A stretch of 64,000 nucleotides of DNA from Lama glama (GCA_028534125.1 CM052816.1:76758001-76822000), one strand, 5' to 3'. Positions 12,986-25,377 are shown, counted from the first letter of the stretch. Translations and numbers: made by a program. The notes: generated by a model not told the origin, from the letters alone.

Positions 12986-14099
12986 GTATACCTAGAAACA
13001 GAGCTCTAACCTCTAATGCTGTTTTAACTAATCATTATTTCTAATGCTAACCTCTTTCAATGGTTGAAGACTTTAGAATAGAGTTTTGTAACCTGCTTCT
13101 TTGAGAGAACTCTCTCCCAGCCATTTGGCATCTAAAGCCCTATCAAACAGCAAATTGACTTCCACCTCAGACAAGATGACTTGGTGATGCACTACTCAGC
13201 AGCACTACTGAGAAATGCACAAAATTTTATTGCAATATAATATAATTTGGTGATGGTGTTTTTAGTGAAATACTATTTAAAAGATACAGAAAGTACAAGA
13301 GACATCATTTACATAACCTATTTCTTAAGCAGTAGACTGGTTCAATTACATGTACGACAATTATCTTCCAAAGTATTCTTCAGAATTGGAAAGGAAATAT
13401 TCTTCTAAATTATCTCTCAAGAGAAGAGGGAGGAAAAAGTGTTAACACCATATAAGTCTAAAGCAAGGGTGGAAAATTAGTTTTACTTTATATGGTGGTC
13501 ATTCTAATAGATGATGGTAGTTGAGTGGGTCCATATTGAGTAGGTTTCTGACCACACTTGAAATCATGGAAACCCATCAACAGTGTCCACCGTATGCACA
13601 GGATAGACCTACGTGTTACATAATTACCATCCTGTCTGAAAGACTCCATCTGAGACTTTGAAGAATCAAGTCGATGCAAAGTTGCTATGTTAATGTTTTA
13701 ATTATTTATCTTGTCAAAACTTACAGCTAGTTATAATGCTCTTTCAAGAGGTGCCAGATGCCAGCATATCTCCTCTTTCTGCCCTCAGAGTTCATCTAGG
13801 TATTTTCATCCTCATCTTAGAATCGGAGTTCTCATACTTCTTAGATTAAGGTTGGGAATTTAATGTTCTGAGTTTCTAGCATTGTGTTCCATTTTTATGC
13901 TCCCCCTTCCTTTCCGGTGGGAGATGCCACCTAGTAGTCCTCAAGTTCTCATTAATTGTGGGCACACAAAAGATATTTGTTGAATGAATGAATGACAAAA
14001 TGCCCCCTGGTCTCTAATTCTAAATCTCACTGCAGAATCCTGGGATTAACAACTTCTCCCTGTTCTTTATTCTGGCTTCCAGGACAAACAACCACATGT

Positions 14100-14134
14100 T
14101 TGTGTATGTGTATGTGTGTGTGTGTGTGTGTGTG
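14100..14134. repeat. (TG)n microsatellite
   Basis: tgtgtatgtgtatgtgtgtgtg... run. Confidence 0.9.
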
Positions 14135-14735
14135 CATAATATGAAATGATAAATAAGAATAAGACCTGACATGATCAATGAGCTGAGCCCTGAGCAGTTT
14201 ACTCTTAAAGAAATCATTTCCTTTTTAAGTCAGGGGAGTAGAAAATAAATGATATACTTGAGTATACATTAGGATTTTTCTTCCTTATAACTGGAGCACC
14301 CACACACCACAATGAGTCAGCTTCCAAGACTGCTATCTGCTAAACAGCACTCTTAGGACCAGAACAAAGTTTTCATACATATATAAGCCATCTGCCCAAA
14401 ACAATGAACTAGCTACCTTAATAATGAACTGAGTCTTCCAAAAAGGATCAGGAGATGTTGATGCATCCCATGACCACATTATGAAATTGATAGAAAGAAG
14501 TGTTTAACAGCTAGACAGCCCTTGGTTCTAATACCTGGCTAATTACTAAAGCAAAGCCAATGGAGACCACTAGGTTCTAATATGAGAGCAAAGCAGGGCA
14601 GATACAACCTTGCATTTGAGTTCAGTAACAATGTCTAGAAATCCAAGTATGTTTCTTACAGAATATCTAAACTGGAATTTATCTATGGTATTGGTAGACA
14701 TTATATAATAATTGCCAACTAAATATATTAAACAG

Positions 14736-14861
14736 GTGTTGAACTAAGGGATGTGCAGAGATGCCTCGGGTTTAATCTGGACTTGTCTCTGGATGTTGTA
14801 CATGAAATCAAAGGAAAGTTTAATTCAAAATATTGTTTTAAGAGAAATGATAGTAGAATTG
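14736..14861 (+). CDS. C9: C9 coding exon (exon 8 equivalent), TMH2 / CD59-contact region
   Basis: Acceptor aaacag|gt and donor attg|gtaagt; 126 nt, phase 1-1. Translates [42 protein letters not shown] with the conserved Cys pair. Absent from the ORF track. Confidence 0.94.
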
Positions 14862-15344
14862 GTAAGTATGGCCTAATTTAATGGGTTAAAAAAAGGGGGG
14901 GGGAGAATGTCAATGACCACTGCCCTGTCATTATAAGCCTTCTTTATTGTCTACTCTCTTTATTAAAAAAAAAAAGCTAAACTAAAAGTGCTTAAATTTT
15001 ATCTTTACCGTGATTTGCAAACCATTGTCAACACAAGTGACCCAGGGACATGTCTTGAATGGTATCACGGTTGTGCAGCCTGTACACTGCACAGCTCTAG
15101 GGAATACAGCCCTTCACATGGTGGCCATTGCAGATGTGTCTATTTATCATGGCAGTGATAGGAAGCCAATGGCAGAAAAATATCTTGAGGAAAGTTTTCT
15201 TTTTCTCCCTTAATTTTAACAAAGCTTCTGAATGGACTAGTGGCAGTGCTGTGTATGTCCATCAAGAAAGGAGAAGGCCAGTGCCATCTCCTTAACTCCA
15301 TCTTCCACCTAACTCAGAATCCCTAATTCACCTCCACCCAATTA

Positions 15345-15655
15345 GTCAAAAGGTACAAACTTCCAGTTATAAGATAAAGAAGTACTAAGGATGTAATGTA
15401 AACATCATGACTCTAGGCAGCACTGCCATATGATAAATTTTGAAAGATGCTTAGAAAATAGATCCTAAAAACTCTCAGTACAAGGAGAAAATAAGTTTTG
15501 TAACTATATGAAGTGATGTATGTTCACTAAACTTACTGCAGTAATCATTTTGTAATATAAATGTATGTCAAGTCATCTTTCTGTCCACCTTAAACTTATA
15601 CAGGTTTGTATGTCAATTATATCTCAATAAAACTGGGGAGGAAAAAAAGAAAATC
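15345..15655 (+). mobile_element. L1MA/MB-type 3' end
   Basis: aaaggtacaaactttccagttataagata...gtcaattatatctcaataaaactgggg followed by an A-rich tail. Confidence 0.8.
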
Positions 15656-15844
15656 CCTAATCCATCCTTAAAATTAAATCAGTGCATAATCTTTTTAATT
15701 TTTTACATAAATATTACTTCTGTTGTTTACCTTTAGGAGATTTACAAGCATGAGGTGGTGCTAGAATTCTCAGTTTTTACTCTAAATATCTGAGAGCATC
15801 CTCAGAGATACAAATCTTGAGACTTACCTTTAAAGAGTCGGCTG

Positions 15845-16030
15845 AAAACAAGGTCCTATTGTACAGCACAGGGAACTATATATTCAATACCTTATAATAG
15901 CCTATAATGAAAAAGAATATGAAAAGGCATATGAACCACTATGCGCTACACCAGAAATTAACACAGCATTGTAAGTTGATTATACTTCAATAAAAATAAA
16001 TTAAATTGAATTGAATTAAATTAAATTAAG
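15845..16030 (+). mobile_element. L1 3'-end fragment with (TTAAA)n-like tail
   Basis: aacaaggtcctattgtacagcacagggaactata...tacaccagaaattaacacagcattgtaa...tacttcaataaaa. Confidence 0.8.
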
Positions 16031-16815
16031 TGAAAATGTCAGCTGATAGTGGAGAAGTAGAAGAAAGGGAAACCTAACATTTTTAAAAGCATACCAACCA
16101 CTAACATGTGGCCGTGACTGGAAACCACTGATGCAGAGAGAAGAAAACTGACCTTGCCATCAAATATCAAAGTTTCATTATTTGGCCCTTAAGCTAGCTG
16201 TGTGATCTTAAACTAGTCACTACACCTCTCTGAGTCTTAGTTTTCTCATCTATAAAAATAAAGAAGGTTAAACAAAAATCATCTTGAAATTAGTTTTTTA
16301 GTTCAAAAAATTCAAAACACTAATGATTCACAAAAGTTTTTTAAAGGTGGTTTAATCTGGAGAGAAAGACTAAGAGAGAGTTGGGTAAAAATTTGGGTGG
16401 AAAGAAATTTTGCTTTTCACTTTATTCTTTTTTATACTCTGATTTCTTATAATATTAAAATAGTTTAAAGCAACCCCATTCAAAATATAATTATGAAGCT
16501 AAGTCTGCAACAACAAAAAAACATATCCATGCAACAGTCATGTTTAGTTCTCGTGTGTGCTGTGCTTAGGTGATGAACTTTATCAATGTGTCTCAATCAA
16601 CATACCATTTATATTTTCTTTAAAAAGATGATTGAAATCTATTGACTACTAATAAAATTACCCTTAGAGATTGGGGTGAAAAAAATTAAATAAGTAATAT
16701 TTATAAGTAAAATTCAATAAATGTACTAGACACCTTTACGAAAGGGGTTCAGTAAATGTTTATCAAATATTACAGAACTATAAATGTTTCATTTACATCC
16801 TCTTTCTCTTTGCAG

Positions 16816-16994
16816 AAAACATCATGGATGACGACATCATAGACGACGTTATATCATTCATAAGAGGTGGAACCAGAAAATATGCCACTGAACTACATGA
16901 GAAGCTTCTCAGAGGAGCCAGGATGATCAACGTGACCGACTTTGTCAACTGGGCCACTTCCTTAGATGACGCTCCAGTGATCATAAATCAAAAA
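16816..16994 (+). CDS. C9: C9 coding exon (exon 9 equivalent), MACPF C-terminal part
   Basis: Acceptor tctctttgcag|aa and donor aaa|gtaaga; 179 nt. Translates (E)[59 protein letters not shown]. Confidence 0.97.
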
Positions 16995-19763
16995 GTAAGA
17001 AATGTTTATTTTCAAATAGAAGATTTTGTCGTTTTCTTAATAATGTAACTGTTGGTTCAGATGAACAGTTAACTTCATCTGAAAGAGATGTGAGCATTCA
17101 AATGCACCCCCATCTCACCCCTGAAAGAAGCATGGCATAAAAGAAAACATGGAGTGGGCATCAGACCAACCCAGGCTGAGCTGGCGTCTTTTCCGCACTA
17201 CATATGTAGCATTTTCTGACTTCTGTGACACTAAATTCTCCAGGGCTCCGTGTGTATCTTCAGGACATACTGTGATTGCCTGTATGGAGTCTAGAGACCA
17301 TAGCATAGATTGGCACCACGTGGTTGCCCAGGAATTGTTAGTTTCCTTCCATCTGTCCCTGGTTGTCCCTTGCCTTCAGATGCCATCATACTACCACTTA
17401 CAACACAGAAAAATCTTATTTACTAAAGGCCTTTATGAAAGAGAAGTTCCTAAGTTTTCAAAAAATAAGACCAACAGTGAGCGATTCTCCTGTTCAAGGA
17501 ATCCTTTTCCTTTTTGTATCTCGTTTATAATAGCCTGCAGTTTACAAGCCTTTGGGACTTGACAGTCTGGTGCTTATTCTTTAGGGGACGGGGAAGCTGC
17601 ATTATAATTGTAAAGATGTAAGTGCCAATGTCATTTAGTCTCACCATTCTCTCCCCAAACTACCTAAAAAGGGTATATGTTTTTCTTTACTCCTTATTTT
17701 GTTCCTGGCATTGTTAAAAAGTATTTCTCCTACTTTCTTTTATGGATTTCAGTTTTCCCTGTATGTTTCACAGTTTCCTTCCCTCAGGTCAAATTCATCT
17801 CTGATTGCCCCTTACTTCAGTTTGATTAACTTGAGTGATAGACATGGTGACATTTTTGGTAGGACCAGTTATTGGAGAATTTGTTTCCTTCATTCTTCAT
17901 TGTTGTCTTTAAAGAGTGAGAGAAGCCACCAAAATGACTTCATTTATGTGAGGAAACACTCAAGAAACTGGAAAAATTGTAATATCTTCTTCTTTTAGGT
18001 TATGGAAATCTAACCAATCATAGATGTGTAAGCATGCCCATGGAGACGTCAAATATTTTGTCCCAAAACTAGGACAAAGAGAGGAAAAACAGCCGGCCAA
18101 ATTAGCATACCCACATATAAGAGTAAAACCAGAAGAGGCTCCTTGTATTTAATTATATTTAAATCACATTTAAATTCATCATCTTGAACTCAGTGAAATA
18201 AATCTATGTTAGAAGATCTTAAATCAGAAAAGAATTGATTTAGGCGGTTGTTTACATTCGTTGGACACCTAAAGAGGCTTGTCTTCTCATCTCCAAAAAG
18301 GAAGTTCCACTGTCCTTGTCCGGATCCAAGATTGTTCTCTTAGCTGGTCTTACTAATAGTCCATCATATTCTAGGGCTGATTTCTAAAATCTCAAGTAAA
18401 TATAGAATTTGCTGAAGATTTACTGCTAGATTTACTAGAACTATTCAAAGACCTTCATCAACTCTATTAGCACTGTCCTACTGGCTGGATACAAAATAGA
18501 GTTTGTCCTATTTTTAAGGGCAACTGTTGGACCTCCCTAGGTTTCTAGGTTAGTAGGCATTTCATTGAAAATATCTGTATGTTTCTTTCTTCATGAATTA
18601 GAAGCCTGGGCTTTCGTATCATGTTCTACCTAAGAAACTGGAAGCAATAGTTAGTCCACTGTGAAACACTTTTTAAGTTTATCTTCTCCTAGAAAAAGTT
18701 CAGAAAATAGTACAATTTAATGGTTTTTATTCACTTTGAGTGTCTTTTAAATCACTAAAGGGACCTGACATATAGCTTAATTTGATCTTGAAATAGATTC
18801 CAAGTTATTTGCTGTCATAAATCCAAGTGGTCTTTTGGTTAATTGGCATTTCAGTGAGGAAATGGCACAGTCTATAGTCACTAACACTAATTCTATAGTC
18901 ACTAATTTGGTAATTTGAAGCATTTTATTGTCTGCATATGACATGTCCAAATACCAGGGATGATCTTAATATTAAAATAATTGGCTCACGTATTTAATTG
19001 TGTAAAAAAATTGATAAAGCCTCTCCCCACTAACCTGGTTTATATTTAATTCTCTGTAGCAATTTAAATCAATTACTAGGTATTAATGTTGCAGTAGTGT
19101 GTCTTGGAGGAAACACGAAGTCGTCATATTAAATAAAATATATTACTGAGATTTGCTAAGTAAAACATTTGGTTTTTTTGCATTTATTGTCCATACTAAA
19201 GTAACTATGACCATGCTATGTTAAGTAGAATCTTGTGGCTTTGATTATCCTTTTGTTTGTGTGCTTCGGCAGACCCCAAACCACTTCTTGAGGAATGTCT
19301 TGGCCCAATCCAAGAATTTCCTTTCAGTCAGCCTTTCTCCATGCAGAGGAAATAGGCTGGGTCTCTCTTTTGGGTATTTACTTTGTCATAGTCTTCACCT
19401 TTCACGAAAGTGTATTAATTCCATATCCAGCTTGCCTGAATGTTCACACAAACGGCTCTACTTTTTATCTTAACAGAACAGTTGAACTTTGGTTTCTTAA
19501 GCGTACTGCTACAAACTAGTTTTTCAAATGTCAGCTGAGAGAAATTACATTTATTAACGATTGCCTGAGAGGTATAAAGTTTATGATTTGCTCCAGAGCA
19601 GCAGCAGTAGAGATCAGTATAGCTGGCATACAGCATATCGGCTTCCTGGAAAGTTTGGTTCTGGCATTTTATAAAGGACAGCGTTATGTTTGCTTTGTTT
19701 ACTGAGGCGATGTTACATAACACAATGTCCCCTCTATGAGACCTCACGGGAGGTACTACTCTT

Positions 19764-20263
19764 NNNNNNNNNNNNNNNNNNNNNNNNNNNNNNNNNNNNN
19801 NNNNNNNNNNNNNNNNNNNNNNNNNNNNNNNNNNNNNNNNNNNNNNNNNNNNNNNNNNNNNNNNNNNNNNNNNNNNNNNNNNNNNNNNNNNNNNNNNNNN
19901 NNNNNNNNNNNNNNNNNNNNNNNNNNNNNNNNNNNNNNNNNNNNNNNNNNNNNNNNNNNNNNNNNNNNNNNNNNNNNNNNNNNNNNNNNNNNNNNNNNNN
20001 NNNNNNNNNNNNNNNNNNNNNNNNNNNNNNNNNNNNNNNNNNNNNNNNNNNNNNNNNNNNNNNNNNNNNNNNNNNNNNNNNNNNNNNNNNNNNNNNNNNN
20101 NNNNNNNNNNNNNNNNNNNNNNNNNNNNNNNNNNNNNNNNNNNNNNNNNNNNNNNNNNNNNNNNNNNNNNNNNNNNNNNNNNNNNNNNNNNNNNNNNNNN
20201 NNNNNNNNNNNNNNNNNNNNNNNNNNNNNNNNNNNNNNNNNNNNNNNNNNNNNNNNNNNNNNN
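19764..20263. other. Assembly gap (500 N) in C9 intron 9
   Basis: Run of exactly 500 N; the round number suggests a placeholder size. Confidence 0.99.
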
Positions 20264-20509
20264 TCTCAGTATGGTTATTTTACAATCAGTCTGCTTACCT
20301 CCATAATATGATCTCCAGAATTACAGAGATCACGACTAGTTTTGATCACTGGTATGGCCTTAAAAGCTAACATCATATCTGGCAATAATACTCATTCAAT
20401 AAGCCTTTGTTGAATTAATGAATCAATGAATAAATAATTTCCTGAAGAATATTGCACAAGCTCTGTCAGTAGAAAAAGACCTAAAATTAAATATTTTGCT
20501 CTCTTGCAG

Positions 20510-20738
20510 CTGTCTCCCATATATGAACTGGTTCCAGTGAAAATAAAAGATGCACACTCAAAGAAACAAAATTTGGAAAGAGCCATTGAAGACTACATCA
20601 GTGAATTCAATGTAAGGAAATGTCAACCATGCCAAAATGGAGGGACTGTGATTCTGCTGGACGGACAATGTTTGTGTTCCTGCCCAATCACGTTCCAGGG
20701 AATCGCCTGTGAAATCAGTAAACAGAAACTCTCCGAAG
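20510..20738 (+). CDS. C9: C9 coding exon (exon 10 equivalent), end of MACPF plus EGF-like domain
   Basis: Acceptor ctcttgcag|ctg and donor gaag|gtgaga; 229 nt. Translates [76 protein letters not shown] with six EGF cysteines. Confidence 0.97.
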
Positions 20739-23015
20739 GTGAGAACAACTTTGATATTAAGGGCAAAAATATGCATTTGGGAGTAATTTGATTTGAAAAT
20801 AGCTCTTGAATCAATATGCACTAAACTTCAGGTTATCCATGTAAACAGAGGGTGAAAATTGAATGAATAATGGAAATGGATAAATCAGCCTTTATGTATC
20901 ATCTAGTACGTAATTTTTAACATCTTCTACCTCTACATCTAAATGGAACTATCAATAAATAATAAATTCTAAAGGTTGTATTACATTTTAATTATAAAAA
21001 TGTTCATATAAAAAGTTTACGGAAATATAGTAAGCATCCAGGTACTCACCATCCAGAATTAACAAATGTTAATCACATTCATAGCATATATACCTTATAT
21101 ATGAATATTTGAAACACTGTCTGTATATATGTATGTGTGTGTGCAACAAGATTAGCTAGATTAACGTCCTATAAAAATCATAGCTTATATTTTGTTTGAA
21201 TAAACTGTCTTGCAACAAAATTTCTGAAACAATTATGTAGTTTCCTCAAAGATTCACAGCCGCCAAGTTTATCATTCAACTGTACTTGCAACTGTTGCTA
21301 CAAAATTTTTAATATTACAAGAATGTCTTTTGCCCTTCTTAACAAACACACTTAGAAACTCAACGATATGGTGACAATATACATGTTAAGATTTGTCTTA
21401 AATTTTAGGATAACTGATTTATCCTGTATACTAACTGTGTCTCTCATCTACCTAAAATGTCAGTCCAATGTTCTATATTCCAAAAAGCATTTGAAGTCTC
21501 CAAAAAATCCATATTCAGGACCTCTGTTTTCCATCTATTTCTATGTGGAATATTCTGCAGCTTTCTGTGATTTCCTCAGCTCTGTCTTCAAATTTTGCAG
21601 TTCTTTTTTTCAACTACATATAGTCTATACCCTTTAACCAATCTACTGAGGATTTTTAAATATTATTTTAATTATAAAATAGTTGCAATTAAATTATAAA
21701 TAAATTTAATTTCTATTTGGGATTTTTCTTCAAGTCTATTCTTTTTCTTAGCTTACTGGATTTTTTTCCTGTTTTTATTTCTTTGAACATATTGAACATG
21801 TTAAACGTATACAAGTCTCAGGTTGATCCAGAATATATAATTTCTGCACTTACGCATTCTCATGGCATTTTTTTCTTCCTTGAGTACTTAGTAATTTTTT
21901 ATTACAGTCTTAGTCTTCAGTGGAAATTGTTTCCTCCGGGAACCGTGTCAACTTTGGGTAGTGAAGGTATTCCTAGTTTGCTTCTTGGGAGACCTTGTTG
22001 TTTTCATGCCTTGCAACAGTTTTTTATGTAAATTTCTTGGGTCGGGTTCTATATTTTGGGTTGATGGATGATGAAAATTAGGGCCCTTCCTCCTATATAA
22101 TCACATTTTTTAAAACACTGGTCTTCACAGCTGACATTTGATGTTCTACGAGTTCCTTGCTGAGATACCAGACCACAGTGAAGTCTTTCTTGCTGCATGT
22201 TTCCATCAAGGAAGCTCTTCCAGGCATCCAGTTTTCTACAGAATGTTCAGTTGCAGTTTGCCACTGGGCCTACCCACCGTCATGAGATTGAGAACCTTGA
22301 GACATCATCTTTCTTTTTGCCTACTACTTACTTAGGGTGGAATGCTCTGCAACTTTCTCCTCCTTCAACCAGCCCAACATCCCTTTTCTTGTGTGCTTCT
22401 GCTTCTTCCAGACCAGTGGCTCTCAACCAAGTTGCTCATTATATTTACCTGGCTAGCTTTTTTAAAAAGGGCAAAAACCAAATATGACAAAACAGATATC
22501 CATCCCAAGCCAATTAAACCAGAACTTTTGTGGTGGATTCGGCCTGGACATGGTTCTTTTTTTTTTTCTTTTTTTCCCCCTTCCTTCCTTGTTTCCTTCT
22601 TTTGTCCTCTCTCCCTCTACCTCTTTCTTTCTTCCTTTCTTTCTTTCATCCTGTGCTTATTCTAATATGTAGCCAGGGTTTAAAATCTCTTTTCTGAACC
22701 TAGGCCAAATAACACGTCTTGGAAGTAATCTTCTCCAGTGTCTCCAGGAATCAGTTCTCTATCTACACTCCCCGAGCACTTCTCCCCCTGCCCTTCCACA
22801 CTAATCACATCGACTCTGCCTAAACAAGATGAACATCCCCTCTAGGTCAGAAATATGTTTTATGTCTTAAACCTCCTTCTCTCCCCAGCACCTAGACAGT
22901 ATCTGACACATGGTGAAACAGGATAAAAGGATGAATAAATGGATGGGTTGATTGATCCAAAGTTGAAAACCTATTTATTAATCATTAAGATTTGATAATC
23001 CTTTGCTTTCTCTAG

Positions 23016-23119
23016 GATTGCCAGTACCTCACACACATCCCCACCACCACGCCGAAAAAAGAGCTGTTGGTTTCCCTGGGATCATACGGAAAGAAAAACA
23101 CCAGGACCTTCCAACTTAA
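23016..23119 (+). CDS. C9: C9 terminal coding exon (exon 11 equivalent), extended C-terminus
   Basis: Acceptor gctttctctag|ga, phase 1. Translates GLPVPHTHPHHHAEKRAVGFPGIIRKEKHQDLPT with TAA at 23117-23119. The GLP...EK frame matches recalled human GLPALEFPNEK. Confidence 0.85.
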
Positions 23120-24030
23120 GAGCCTGGCCCCAACATAGTCCTTGCTGCCAAATGAAGAGCAACATGCTTCATGAAAATCCTACCAAGCTCTGAAGTCTCC
23201 TCTCCTGGCTCTTAGATCCATGATGCGTCTTTTCCTCCTTAAACTCTTAACGATGTTTCCATTTTTCATTCCCTGCTGAGTAGAGTTAGCAGCCAAATAT
23301 GCCAGGACAGCTTTCTCCCACAGGCAATGCCAATCCCTTACTAACAAAACAAAATTAAATTAAAAAGAGAATGTTGGTTTAAAAGCCTTTCAAGTAATTG
23401 CCAGAGTTCTTTGTGTGATGAATACGTTCTGCCAGTTCCATTACCTCAAGTCTGTACTGTGCAATTTCCCTCTTGTTTACATACTTGCTTCTTGTTGGGT
23501 CATTGGTGGATAGGTGTATACATCCAATATTCTGCGCATGCCTGCTGAGTACCAACCACATGCGCAGACCTCTGCTTTTTACATCTTAGCTCTCCAGTTT
23601 AACTCCACATTTCCAAGGGAAAAAGTGTATTGTATTTGTAACCAAAAACTATTAGGTTAAATCAAGTGAAATTGCCTCTCTTCACACTTTACCAAAACAA
23701 AACAAAACCCCAAAATCCAGTGATTTCATATGGCCCAACTTAATACCTAGCCTTTCGAGGTGTGTAAGGTAAGTCTACCCACATAAGAAGCTAATTAAAG
23801 GAGCTGGCTCTACAATTTTATTCATTAAATAGCATGGTACCTCAGAGTTTTGGAAAAGGTCTGAGAACTCTAAAAAAGAAGAAGGAGAAAAGAAAAGCTC
23901 AAAATACAAAGACAGAACTGGAAAATCAAAATAAATAAATTTTTAATTAAATGTCAACAACATTATCATGTCAACTCTACTCATTGCTATCCTTCTTATT
24001 AATAAACTTTACACACTTTTATAAATAAAT
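23120..24030 (+). other. C9: C9 3' UTR with candidate polyadenylation signals
   Basis: Sequence such as gcaacatgcttcatgaaaatcctacc resembles the recalled human C9 3' UTR. ATTAAA at 23354 and 23359; AATAAA at 23930, 23934, 24001 and 24024. The cleavage site cannot be determined. Confidence 0.65.
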
Positions 24031-25332
24031 TCAAGTCAGTTTTCATCATGTCCAAGAAATTGTCAAGAATCTACATGATTGCTGAGAGATCACAATACAA
24101 ATAACTTCAAAAGCAAAATTTAAGAAGTAATTTGCAAGTTTTTTTTTCCTTAGCCAAGAAAATGCTGTTGCATATGAGATGTATTTTATTGTTAGGTATA
24201 ATCGGAGATGGTGCTCTAACACTAAAATACCAGGTCCTGTAGGGTATAAAATAGCATCAGAGTTCAAGAGAATACCTATTTCCTGTCTCCAGAAACCTGA
24301 GTGAATCAGAAAGAATCAGGAGTTTAAATGTATACAAATACTGAACTCTGTTCTTAGACAATCTACTGTTGAGAGAGCTTTTGAGGTCCAGCGTCTGGAT
24401 CAAGGTGGAATTATTATGGCAACCACTGGGAATTCCTTGCATCCTTGTGAATTATAAATGTTAAACAAGAAAAAAGCTGAGGCTCAACCAGACCCCCAAA
24501 GGTCAGCTTAATGATTTATCAGAGTCCCATTCCTGGAAAGCGGGGGAACACTGCAGATTAACTGTTGGCAGTGAGATCTTTCAACTTCCTTCAAAGGTGG
24601 TGTATCTGGTGGAGCATTTCCAGCAGGGTGCACCATTGAGACACCAGAAACTGCCCAACAGGAATCAGCACGGAGAAGTCTCTAGACATGCACTGAGGAA
24701 GAATCACCAGAAACTGGGGGAGGTGAGGGCCTCCTGGGGCTGGGTCTCCCATGGCTCAGCCAGGACTGTGGGTTCCTGGCAAGGGAAGTCCTAGCACGGT
24801 CCCGCCAAACCGAGTGCGGTATAATCGCCCCCACCTCCATGTGCCCTGTGAGAGGGTACACCACAAATTCAAAGAGCAAAGGATGTGTGGGGGAAACTCC
24901 CCTCTGGCGCTCAGGCCGTACATTTGGGTCATGACACTGAACTCCAACCTTAGCAAAAGGACCCAGGAAAGCTGGATAGGCATCCACGTTCCCTTGAGCC
25001 TAATGGGCAAAAAGCTTCAGAGAATCACTACATTTTTATGCTTCCCTCTTTTTATACCTAAAACTCAGATTGCTTATTCATTCTACTGACTACATAGTAG
25101 ATAGTCAACATATGCCCGCTGACAGCCCACGTATACCTGGCTTTACACCATTGTCTCCCCAAGGCCTTTTGATGGTGGACACAGTGGGACCCTGCCTCCA
25201 AAAACCCCAGAAGAGCAGCTTCTGAGCTAGGGTCTCAATATTTATAGAAAACAACCCAAAATAGTAGATAAAGACTAGCCTCATCTTCTATTTATTTAGA
25301 GAAAAAAAGAAAACTACTTTCTCTCTCTGTTA

Positions 25333-25335
<3 letters not shown>

Positions 25336-25377
<42 letters not shown>

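Noticed and set aside
17149..17562. 137-aa ORF in C9 intron 9
   Set aside because: No recognisable homology or exon structure, and the C9 frame is complete without it.
18871..18905. 14-bp direct repeat tctatagtcactaa x2
   Set aside because: Ordinary slippage duplication; no array.
19690..20370. 226-aa and 191-aa ORFs in the track
   Set aside because: Artefacts of translating the N gap.
24445..25090. GC-richer block with several overlapping ORFs downstream of the C9 poly(A) signals
   Set aside because: Possibly an old LTR relic, but I could not identify termini or family, and the ORFs show no recognisable domain.
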